A DNA stretch of 64,000 nucleotides from Escherichia coli (lineage in GTDB: Bacteria > Pseudomonadota > Gammaproteobacteria > Enterobacterales > Enterobacteriaceae): NCBI RefSeq assembly GCF_003019035.1, contig NZ_CP027448.1; one strand, written 5' to 3'. Shown one piece after another: positions 1 to 8,800 of the stretch. How positions within the stretch are numbered: the first letter of the stretch is position 1; each line of letters opens with the position of its first letter. The notes beneath the pieces were generated by a model, which saw only the letters and a program-made list of their open reading frames with translations, was not told the DNA's origin and ran no database searches. The position numbers and the translations under genes are program-made.

Positions 1-539
1 CGCTGTCTGTTTTCCCATTCAACACGACTGCGGCGCGCAGCAACCACTGCATCCTCAGACACATCAAGGGCGGCAAATAGCGCCGGTGTGAACGTGATAT
101 TGGTCGGAATGTAGCACCCGATAAGCGGATCATATTCCGTCTGGTAGGTAATCAGTCCCAGCTCTGCAAGGAACGTCAAGGCTCGGGTGGCCCGGGTGAT
201 GGAGAGTTTTCCGGCAGCAGACTCCGTCGCCAGTCCGCACTCAATGGCCAGCGTAGTGATGGAGCACTGGACGCGGTTGGCCAGCGGGTCATAGTGAAAA
301 CACAGCCCCTGCAGCAGCGCATCAATAGCCCGGCGACGCAGTACCGGTGGCATGCGCCGACGCAGTCCCTTCGAACGGGCATGTGCCACATGAATGGCGA
401 AATCAAAACGGGAGGTGAAGTCCACCGCCTTTTCCATCAGTTTTTCGCAGAACTTCAGCGTTCCGGCACCTTCACGGGGTGTGAATACCGGATTCGGGTT
501 CTTTACCTGGCGGTAATACGTTTGTTGAAGATCAGTCAC
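1..539 (-). CDS. repA1: RepA1 replication initiator (IncFII/RepFIIA), N-terminal ~179 codons; rest lies beyond window start
   Basis: Minus-strand frame open from window edge up to GTG at 539..537; translation (V)[91 protein letters not shown]... recognised as R100/R1-type RepA1; GTG overlaps tap stop as in R1. Absent from ORF track because it runs off the window. Confidence 0.9.
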
Positions 540-606
540 ACCATCCTGCACTTACAATGCGCAGAAGGAGTGAGCACAGAAAGAAGTCTTGAACTTTTCC
601 GGGCAT
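532..606 (-). CDS. tap: Tap (RepA6) 24-aa leader peptide translationally coupled to repA1
   Basis: Manual translation of minus strand 606->532: [24 protein letters not shown]; stop TGA overlaps repA1 GTG (tGTGACTGA), the R1/R100 arrangement. Too short for the ORF track. Confidence 0.75.
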
Positions 607-618
607 ATAACTATACTC

Positions 619-709
619 CCCGCATAGCTGAATTGTTGGCTATACGGTTTTTAGATGGCCCCGGTAATCTTTCATGTCGCCAAACTTGAAGAAGATTATC
701 GGGGTTTTC
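619..709 (+). ncRNA. copA: CopA-type antisense RNA (copy-number control) against the repA1 leader (CopT)
   Basis: Plus strand is antisense to the copB-repA1 leader; long hairpin CCCCGGTAATCTT...AAGATTATCGGGG (659..704) followed by TTTT (705..708) fits CopA stem-loop II/terminator. The 5' end is only estimated from the ~90-nt size of R1 CopA. Confidence 0.6.
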
Positions 710-821
710 ACTTTTCTGGCTCCTGTAAATCCACATCAGAACCGGTTCCCTGCCACCTTATGGCGTGGCCAGCCACAAAATTCCTTAAACGATCAGCAAT
801 CTATCACTCACGCCTGAGATA

Positions 822-851
822 AGCAATAATGTGAATATTCACATTATTGCT
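822..851. promoter_or_regulatory. 30-bp perfect palindrome spanning the copB stop codon; candidate CopB operator / PrepA control element
   Basis: AGCAATAATGTGAAT|ATTCACATTATTGCT read directly; lies just upstream (in repA direction) of the repA leader, where CopB-repressed PrepA sits in R1. Confidence 0.35.
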
Positions 852-1096
852 CTGCGTTTCAGCTCTGATTCAATCAGTTTTTCAAGCATCTGCGCCTGGG
901 TAATACCTTCCTCATCTGCCAGTTCACTCAGCCTGTCTTTTAAACGGGCCTGGATAACCGCATGAAAAGCCTTATGAGTGTTGCTTCTGCGAGCCAGAGA
1001 AGCCCTTTGCCTCTCTCTGGCCGGAACAGGGTTACCTTTCCGGTATGCACGCTTGTTACCTGATGAGGAAGTCACTGCATTTTCTGTCTGCGACAT
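839..1096 (-). CDS. copB: CopB/RepA2 transcriptional repressor of repA
   Basis: 85-aa [14 protein letters not shown]...[19 protein letters not shown]; same start and C-terminal helix pattern as R100 RepA2/CopB; position immediately upstream of CopA/tap/repA1. Confidence 0.85.
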
Positions 1097-1335
1097 CTCG
1101 CCTCCTCAATACTTAAACAGGGATCATTTCGCAGAGGATACTACAGTTTTTTGAAATCAGCGACTTGAGAATTGTGACAAAGATCTGTGTTGGCGCACAA
1201 ATCAACGGGGATTACTGTCGTTTAATGTGATTTAAACTGTGAAATAGTATGGTTTTCAGTTATGGAAACGCCGGGAGCGGAGAAAACTTGCTTTTTCCCG
1301 TTTCCGGGGTTGGACAACTGAGCAACGCGAAGGCG

Positions 1336-1926
1336 TCAGCTACGATGTTCAGGTGGCTGCTGATCAGCCCCTGTTGTATTCAGCCATTCGCCGGTCATCT
1401 GCAGCAGTTTTCTGGCATCGTGGCTTCTGAGCAACGGTATACCAGCCTGCCTCATAACCTCTTCCAGAAGAATATCCCGGCGTCTGCGTTCCGGTCGTAA
1501 ATGGCTGGCATCATCCAGCTCTACTGCTGCAACAATACTGAACGAACGCCGCTCAACGATAACCACATCAACATGCCACTGGGACACCATCCTGAATAAC
1601 TGCCACCACTGACGTGATCGTGGCCGGATATTCCCGTTCAGCTGGACGATATCAGCGCCCCGTACCTGCGGGCACAGATACCACCGCTTCATATCCACAA
1701 TCCTGAACAACCCTTTCATGAAACTGACCTCTCTTTCTGTCAGCAACGTTTTCTGACGCTGCCAGTATTCACCGCTGACCAGTATTCGCTCAGCTTCACT
1801 GGGGCGTATGCCTGCTGCATGTAACCGTATCAGTGCGGGAGGACAGTTTTTACTCCTCCGGAATATTATCCGGACAGACAAAACAGCTATAATAATAACG
1901 ACTACAATGAAAATAATTAAATTCAT
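1336..1926 (-). CDS. Membrane-anchored restriction-endonuclease-fold protein (recalled as DUF2726-like)
   Basis: ATG at 1926 (MNLIIFIVVVIIIAVLSV = N-terminal TM), core HVDVVIVERRSFSIVAAVELDDASH...RRRDILLEEVMRQAGIPLLR resembles the D-x(n)-E-x-D/H nuclease-fold pattern. ORF-track start at 1995 is less likely. Confidence 0.55.
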   Translation of the reverse strand: MNLIIFIVVVIIIAVLSVRIIFRRSKNCPPALIRLHAAGIRPSEAERILVSGEYWQRQKTLLTEREVSFMKGLFRIVDMKRWYLCPQVRGADIVQLNGNIRPRSRQWWQLFRMVSQWHVDVVIVERRSFSIVAAVELDDASHLRPERRRRDILLEEVMRQAGIPLLRSHDARKLLQMTGEWLNTTGADQQPPEHRS

Positions 1927-2077
1927 TATTATGTCCTTAATTACATATGAGTCCAGATGAACGAATGTAGTTTTCACCCGAAGTAAGACTCGCAATATTT
2001 ATCCCATGAATTACCTGAACGTTATCAGAAATACGACAAACCAGATCCGCAACAGATAATTCTGTTGTGATAAGGGG

Positions 2078-2704
2078 TCACCGCCTCGTTAACCAGACAA
2101 TTTTATCAGCCTGGATTTTAATTACCCCACGACGAACCAACTCACTACGTATACTAACAGCCCGTTCTTTATGCCATTCTCCTCGCATATGCGATTTTAA
2201 ATAATTATTAAACCCCTCCACTGACACCGGTAAATTCCGCACATCACTTCCGGATGCCTGCTGCATTCTGTTAGCCCACCGGATAATAACATCCCCCTCA
2301 GGGACAATCAGGTGAGATACCGGCAAATGACTCTCAGCGTGCTCTGGCGCAATACGTTCGCAACGAAAACCCCGTTTTTGCAGAGTATGAATTATTCCAT
2401 CATAGCCTTTATCGTTTGAAATAATATGCCAGGTGTTGTTTCCGGCACTGCAGCACGTCATCCTGCCGAGCTCCATAACAAGGTGAAAGTCAACATTATT
2501 CTTCGAAATGTTATCTATCTGTCTGATACTCACTCTGATATTATCTGGCCAGGTATCAGCAGGTAAGACCACTGTTTGCTGAAGAGGACCAGCAAATAAA
2601 ATCAAATCGGTATAATCAGCAAGCGATATATTTCTCAGATTGCAACAGTTTTCATAATCAATGAGCGCAATGCGTAATGCTTCATTTCTCATCATGTTTT
2701 CCAT
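2078..2704 (-). CDS. Hypothetical protein with NYN/LabA-like N-terminus
   Basis: ATG at 2704 preceded by GGTGA; RIALIDYENCCNL resembles the (A/V)xFIDxEN motif of NYN/LabA-type domains. ORF-track start at 2740 is a TTG. Confidence 0.45.
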   Translation of the reverse strand: MENMMRNEALRIALIDYENCCNLRNISLADYTDLILFAGPLQQTVVLPADTWPDNIRVSIRQIDNISKNNVDFHLVMELGRMTCCSAGNNTWHIISNDKGYDGIIHTLQKRGFRCERIAPEHAESHLPVSHLIVPEGDVIIRWANRMQQASGSDVRNLPVSVEGFNNYLKSHMRGEWHKERAVSIRSELVRRGVIKIQADKIVWLTRR

Positions 2705-3115
2705 TATATATTCACCATAATAAAACAGAATAAACTGCAAACCCGACGCAGTGTATCTACCGGTCTGGTTAAGTTTTCATTATCGGAATATAAAATATTG
2801 TCTGCCGCCAGTCAGGCAGCCCGGAGTTCCGTGAGTGATATAACAAATCAATAAACCACCACTTAATTCATAAACATCCTTGTGTCACTATAAGCCGGTC
2901 GGTTATCCGGTGCGCCATGAGTAATCCGTTCTGAAGAACGGAAATACAGAGTGCCAGGTTGTCTCTCATAATACAAAAGCAAATTTCATGCATCATTCAG
3001 CCTCCTTACCCTGGAGAAACGGAGGCTGTTTTTTTATATTCCTGAAACACCATCCGCAATGATTCATCGCTGGTGAGTTTTATGAATTTAATCTCAAATA
3101 TGCCAGCCTCTTTAT

Positions 3116-3325
3116 TTATTCCTTCCGTCCATATTTCCGGCATCGTTCTGCGCGTAGCCGGGCAAATCGTCGCCAGTCCGCCCGGGGAGCAATTCCGGCG
3201 GCCTGACACCACGCCTCAGCAGCCTCCATCCAGAATCCACGGATTTCCAGATTAACAGCCCTGTGTCCGGTACGCTGCCAGCGCCAGACCTGGCCGTTTC
3301 GTGAACTGTTTCTGAATCCATTCAT
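3116..3325 (-). CDS. Small ANR-family-like (Aar-like) regulator
   Basis: 69-aa ORF with GGGGGA SD; pattern LEIRGFWMEAAEAWCQAA...ADWRRFARLRAERC matches the two-helix W..AA..W..A / W...RA..C signature I recall for ANR proteins. Overlapping ORFs 3112..3321 and 3006..3212 rejected. Confidence 0.45.
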   Translation of the reverse strand: MNGFRNSSRNGQVWRWQRTGHRAVNLEIRGFWMEAAEAWCQAAGIAPRADWRRFARLRAERCRKYGRKE

Positions 3326-3428
3326 TTTCCTGTCCCCCTTTAGTTGTCAGTATTATTGTGATAAATAATTCAGTGGACTAGTTTTCTTTCGGGTACGGAA
3401 GTTATTTCCTTTTAAGCCTTATTTCCCT

Positions 3429-3456
3429 GCCTCCTCTCTCTGAGGGAGGCTTTTTT
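3429..3456. terminator. GC hairpin abutting the finO stop
   Basis: GCCTCC...GGAGGC stem followed by TTTTTT on the plus strand (A-run on the finO strand); the orientation of the U-tract does not match finO, so function is uncertain. Confidence 0.3.
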
Positions 3457-4016
3457 CATTTCTCATCAAGCACGGCCTGAAGTTCTGCCTTTATCCGGTT
3501 CTGGCGGCGGATTTTATCCAGACGCGTTGCCGCATACGCTTCCTCCTCCTGAGAAATATGCTCCGTCACATACCCTTCCGTGTCATACCGGCAGGCACCG
3601 GCTTTCATGGCACACAGATAGCTTTCTGAACGGGTGATGGCCTTCAGCGCCCTGCGCAGTTTTTTATGCGAGAGTGGGATATTCCGCTGCGCCACGTCTT
3701 CCATTAACACGTCCCGGATACCACAGGCCAGAAGCCGGGGTGTGTCACCGTCAAACAATCCCGGCCACCAGGGCTTCAGGGTGTTCACGGCCTCATCCAG
3801 CGTGGGCAGGTTCAGATAAATGGACAGCGCCTGTCTGGCCTGCGCTTTTTTTGCCGCCAGCTCCGCTTCCCGGGCTGCTTTCTCGGCCAGCTTCTGCTTT
3901 TTCACCTTCCATTTTGGTGGCGTGGTGACATTGATGATGGTTTTCCGGCTGCGGACAGGCGTCTCTCCTTCCGTTTTCCGCTTCAGTGTCAGTACAGGTC
4001 GTTTTTGCTCTGCCAT
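3456..4016 (-). CDS. finO: FinO RNA chaperone (fertility inhibition), intact 186 aa
   Basis: From ATG at 4016: [53 protein letters not shown]...[10 protein letters not shown], near-identical to FinO as recalled; no IS interruption. Confidence 0.95.
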   Translation of the reverse strand: MAEQKRPVLTLKRKTEGETPVRSRKTIINVTTPPKWKVKKQKLAEKAAREAELAAKKAQARQALSIYLNLPTLDEAVNTLKPWWPGLFDGDTPRLLACGIRDVLMEDVAQRNIPLSHKKLRRALKAITRSESYLCAMKAGACRYDTEGYVTEHISQEEEAYAATRLDKIRRQNRIKAELQAVLDEK

Positions 4017-4118
4017 GCTTACTCTGACCTTCGTGAAAATATGCCCTGCAGGCCGTTGAAACAACTCATCGTAACAGGAAGTTAATTTCAACGACCTTTA
4101 ACGTATAAATACTGACAA

Positions 4119-4978
4119 TTAAAGATATTGTTTAAACCATTGTGTCTGCACAGCTACTACACGTTCAAAAAACGCGCCCTCATAAATATCATAATGGCAT
4201 GCATCAGCTTCCTCGTATAATTCCTTAGTACCAGAAGCAACAGCATCATATAATGCTCTTCCCTGTTCCGGTGGATTAACGCTATCCTGGCCGGCAATAA
4301 CAACCAAAACTGGGCACTGGACGCTGGCTGCACTCTCTGCCGGTTTATATTGCAACGTTTCCATGACCGTAAGGAAAGGTATTTTTATATCCATTTCGGG
4401 ATGCCGGGCTTTGATTTTCTCGAAGAATACCTTCGATTCATTATCACTTAGTACCCGTGTAACCCCCACAAACATCTCTTTCCCGGTGTTTTTCTTCTTC
4501 TCTGCCATTTTATTCAGCGTGGATAGAAAAGACGCTCTCTCCGATTCATTCATCTCTCCGGTAACCAGAACATCACCGTCAGCAAAAGCCAGCTGGCTGA
4601 CAATACATTTTACGCGTTGGTCCTGCGCAGCTGCACTGAAGACATGCCCCCTCCCAGCGATGTTCCCCATAACCCAATACGCTGATTATCAATACATTCC
4701 TGCTTTTCTGCCCAATTGATAACTGAAATAATATCTTCGGTCTGCATTGCAGGAACCAGACGCCCTCGTTCTCCATCACTCTCACCGAATCCTCGATAAT
4801 CAAAAGTAATCGTTGCGAATCCTGCTTCTGTGAAGGCATTCGCAAAGCAAGGGAGCAGAACATTCCTGATACCGCAAAACCCATGGCATAAGATAATCAA
4901 CGGATGTTTTATATTTCCTTCAGGAACACGAAATGTCAGGGCAATACCTTCAGAGAGTTTGTGATCCGTAATTTTCAT
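4119..4978 (-). pseudogene. Alpha/beta-hydrolase gene split by a frameshift in a G/C homopolymer
   Basis: ORF 4610..4978 carries HGFCG and nucleophile elbow GTSLGGG, then goes out of frame. ORF 4119..4670 continues the same fold in another frame (HVFSAAAQDQRVKCIVSQ...). The shift lies in CCCCCTCCC at 4647..4655. Confidence 0.7.
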
Positions 4979-5036
4979 AAATATCCTGTGTTATGTTGTT
5001 TATTAATAATCAGAATCAGCGTCAGTATCATACCAG

Positions 5037-5783
5037 TCACAACGCCAGAATGCCCAGCACAGCCAGATGACAGGCATAGAACGTCGGGAAAAAATCCCCG
5101 GGCCAGAAACGGGGTAATGATTTCCCTGCACACGACACCAGACCAACGGTCAGCACCGTCATCACAAGACCAGCTACAGCCGCCACATCACTGATAGTAA
5201 GGTTAAGAGCAGGAATAACAGCCAGCAGGCATGTAACCAGAACCAGACTCTCCGCTCTGTATTCCGCCCGGTATACCCGGTAGCTGGCCGCTAACATCAA
5301 CACCCCGACAATACCGTAACTGGTACCGGACAAAGGCAGCCATACTGCCAGAAGCGACATAGTCCCTGCGGAACGCCACAGGCTGCGCGTTTCACACCAT
5401 GTCAGCACCTGTGCCGCAACGGCAAAGGCAAACAGGATATTCCCCTCATACCAGGGAAAGCCGGCCAGATAATATGCGAACTGGGCAATCACTGCCCATC
5501 CCCACAACCGGTTAATGGCCTCCTGCCGGATATGCGTATGACGGGACAGATTCAGCCCCCACACCAGGGCAAAAAGCGGAAAGGCTCCTCGACCGGCCAG
5601 AAACATCCACGTCTTGTCCAGATGCAGAATGCGGTTTGCATGGTCCAGTACCATCAGCACCAGTGCCACCGTTTTGATGATATCCCGCTGTCCGGGTGAC
5701 CAGACCAGCAACGACTGCAACCAGGTATCGGTCCGGGCAGCCAGTGAATCGTTACGTGTCGTGTTCGTGTTATCCGTTGTCAT
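5037..5783 (-). CDS. traX: TraX pilin N-acetylase, 248 aa
   Basis: ATG at 5783: MTTDNTNTTRNDSLAARTDTWLQSLLVWSPGQRDIIKTVALVLMVLDH..., polytopic membrane protein, last gene after traI as in F. Confidence 0.93.
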   Translation of the reverse strand: MTTDNTNTTRNDSLAARTDTWLQSLLVWSPGQRDIIKTVALVLMVLDHANRILHLDKTWMFLAGRGAFPLFALVWGLNLSRHTHIRQEAINRLWGWAVIAQFAYYLAGFPWYEGNILFAFAVAAQVLTWCETRSLWRSAGTMSLLAVWLPLSGTSYGIVGVLMLAASYRVYRAEYRAESLVLVTCLLAVIPALNLTISDVAAVAGLVMTVLTVGLVSCAGKSLPRFWPGDFFPTFYACHLAVLGILAL

Positions 5784-5802
5784 CAGTGTTTGTCTTCCTG
5801 TA

Positions 5803-8800
5803 TCAGTCTCCGCCCAGGGTTTTCTCTTTCTGCAGGTCACGAACCATATCCCGCTCCATCTGCTGCAGACGCTCCTGCAGCAGATTTTCCCGGGCAACCT
5901 CCCGGACCGCTTCCCGCTCCCGTTGTGATTCACGCAGCACACTATCCGGCAGCGCGGCTTCCCGTTCAGTTATGGCAGCCCGGTCACGCTCCTGCCCGGC
6001 AATTTCCCTGACAGCCAGCTCTGTTTTGCCATCCGGCAGGTCAGGTTTGTTCTCTGCCATTTTACGGACAATTTCATCTGCGCGGCGTTCCGTTTCACGG
6101 CGGATGGCCTCTTCAGCCTGCCTCTGTGCCAGCACCTCTGCCGTGACCGGTTCGCCATTTCCGGCTCCCGGCTGGACGCTGTTGTCCGGGATATCCCCCC
6201 ACACGCGGCCACCGGTTATGGCACCGGGATTCCACGGACGGCCTTCACCGGCGATTCTTACCACCACACCACTGTCAGGATTATCACGGGCAATCCGGAC
6301 ACCATCCTGCATATTATCAGCCAGCAGGCTTTCTCCGTTACGGCTGCCCTGCAGGGCCACAAACTGTGCATCTTCACTGCCCTTCACCCGGCCTTCACCA
6401 CTGAATCCCCGCAGCCCGTTTCCGTCATCCGTGGTCAGCGGGTTCAGCCAGATACCGGCAGACTTGCCGTTACGGTCAAAAGCCGGCAGTGCCACATACG
6501 GCTGTGGGTATTTGCGCCCCGGAGCAATAAACCGTGCAGGACTGTCTCCCCCGGCCAGCCCCGCCTGACGAAGAACGGCTCGGCCTGCCGCCACGTCCCG
6601 CAGCTCCCGCGCCGTACTGAACAGCCGCTCTGCATTCATGACCTCCCGGTCCGATTTCGGCTCAAACACATCGTGGGCAGTTCCTTTCTGTTCGGCATTG
6701 TTAATGGCATCCGTCCAGCCCTGACGGTTATCGGTGTACACCTGCACATGCTGCTTCATACGCGACAGGGCCACGTAGGCTGACTCAAAGCCGGCCATCT
6801 GTTTCCGGCTGCCTTCCGTGCCTTCAAGCGCAATGGCAAAGGTTTCACTTGCCCCCTGCGCACCGTGGGCGGTGATGGCATAGGCCAGGTCAATATGTTG
6901 CTCTGCCCGCTCCTGACCGGGGCGAATCACCCGGGTCTGCTGTCCGCCCGACAGCGTGACACTGTCACCGGAAACCGCTGTCACCGTCCAGACGCTGTTG
7001 GCCACATAGCCGCGCTCCCGGTCACTCTTCGTGAAGCGCATCCGGTCACCGGTCCCCACCCGGATGGTGTCCGGGGTGTACAGTGTGACACCTTCAGCCA
7101 CCGCCTCCCGGGGCGAAATCAGCCGCGTGTTACCTTCCGCATCCTGCAGGGTTATCAGCCCGTCACCCTTACTGATACCGGCAATCCGGTGATACACATT
7201 ATCCACCAGGACAAGTGCGTCCCGATGTGTCTCCCAGGTGGAGAGACGACGCAACTCCCCGTCGCGTATATTCGCTGTGTTCAGGACAGGCACCATGACC
7301 TGCTCTTTCCCCAGCTCACCGGCCTTTTCCCGTGCATCATGAATCATGCTGTTCAGTACGCGCCGGTCCTCATTCAGGTGCGTGACAATAAGCGTCTGCT
7401 CCCGTGCTTCCGGCGTCCTGCCGGTATAGTCGCGGACAATGGCTTCATACAGTGTCATGGGGACATCCGGAAAAGCCTCGCCGTTCTGCATCGCCTTCTG
7501 CTGCGCTTCTGCCAGTTTCGCTTCCTGGCTGTGACTGAACTCCGTCACAGAGTGCTCCGGTACCCATGCGCCCTCCTGACGTGGCACCTGAGACGGTTTC
7601 ACACTCTCAAGCCCGGACAATGCCCTTTCCACATCCCGGTTAATCAGGCTGTATACCGCCTCCCGCAGTTCCGGCGTCTGACGCACAATCTCCTTCATGA
7701 TGGCCACATCGGCAGCGCTGCGCGTCTGCTGGAGACGGAAAGGCTGACCGGGCGCGATGGCCTGCAGCTGGTCCGTGTCACCGCTGGCCACTGCACGACC
7801 ACCACCGGCCGCAATCAGGGCATATGCCCGTGCCATGTCGGTATTGCCCACCATTGAGCTCTCATCGAGCAGGAACAGCGTGTTGCTGAAATCCGGCGTT
7901 TCTCCGCTGCGCAGCTGCAGCTGCGTGCCATGCAGAAAGGACGCCAGTGTCTGTGCATCCACGCCGGCGCTGCGCATCTCCCCGACCGCACGGTGCGTGG
8001 GCCCCAGCCCCACGACACGGGGACGCTCACTCTCCGGCAGCATGTTCACGGCTGACATCACCGCCCGGAACTGTGTGGTCTTACCCACACCGGCATAGCC
8101 CTGCACCACCGTGAAACGGTCGGACGTTTCCAGTATCATGCGGGTGGCGGCACGCTGTCCTGATGTCAGACTCTCCATGACTCCGCCAGGGACTCTCTCC
8201 ATCAGCGGCGTGACCGCCTCCTTACCTTCGAGAATATGGCGAAGAATGCTCTTTTCTGCCTCATACGACGCACGGGAAACCAGCAGGCCTGTGCCATAGC
8301 CTTTTGCCACATCCACATACAGTAAATCACCGCGTTTTATCTGCGCATTGATTTCCCCTCCCAGTTCAGTAAAACTGGTTCCTTCTGCAGCAAACGACTT
8401 CGCCTCTGTCAGCAGGTCCACCATGCTGAAGGCCAGGTTTTTACTTTCCAGCACAGGAAGGGCCAGATGAATGGCCTGCTGTGCCGGCGTGTGAAGCCCG
8501 GCTTTCTGCAGACTGATAGCGGTTTCCAGCAATGTCTCACCGGCACGCGCCTTTATCTGCTCAGAAACCACCGTAAAGGAGGGATGGCGGGCAAGGTTTT
8601 CCGCCGTACGGGTTTCATCCAGCGAGGAATACAGCCGGACATCACGACCGCTGCGGGCCAGACCGTTCAGGGTGGCGTTGTCCATTGCCATCTGTGTGAC
8701 GGAGGCAAAAACCTTCGCACTGTCGCTGACGGAATGCCCGGGCGTTTCCACCCAGCCGTTCTCCAGCTTCAGTGCCGTGAACGGTGAATCGCTCACAGGC

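Noticed and set aside
3006-3321. Alternative overlapping small ORFs (3006-3212, 3073-3255, 3112-3321)
   Set aside because: They are mutually exclusive with the 3116-3325 frame. Only that frame has an SD and a recognisable (ANR-like) helix pattern.
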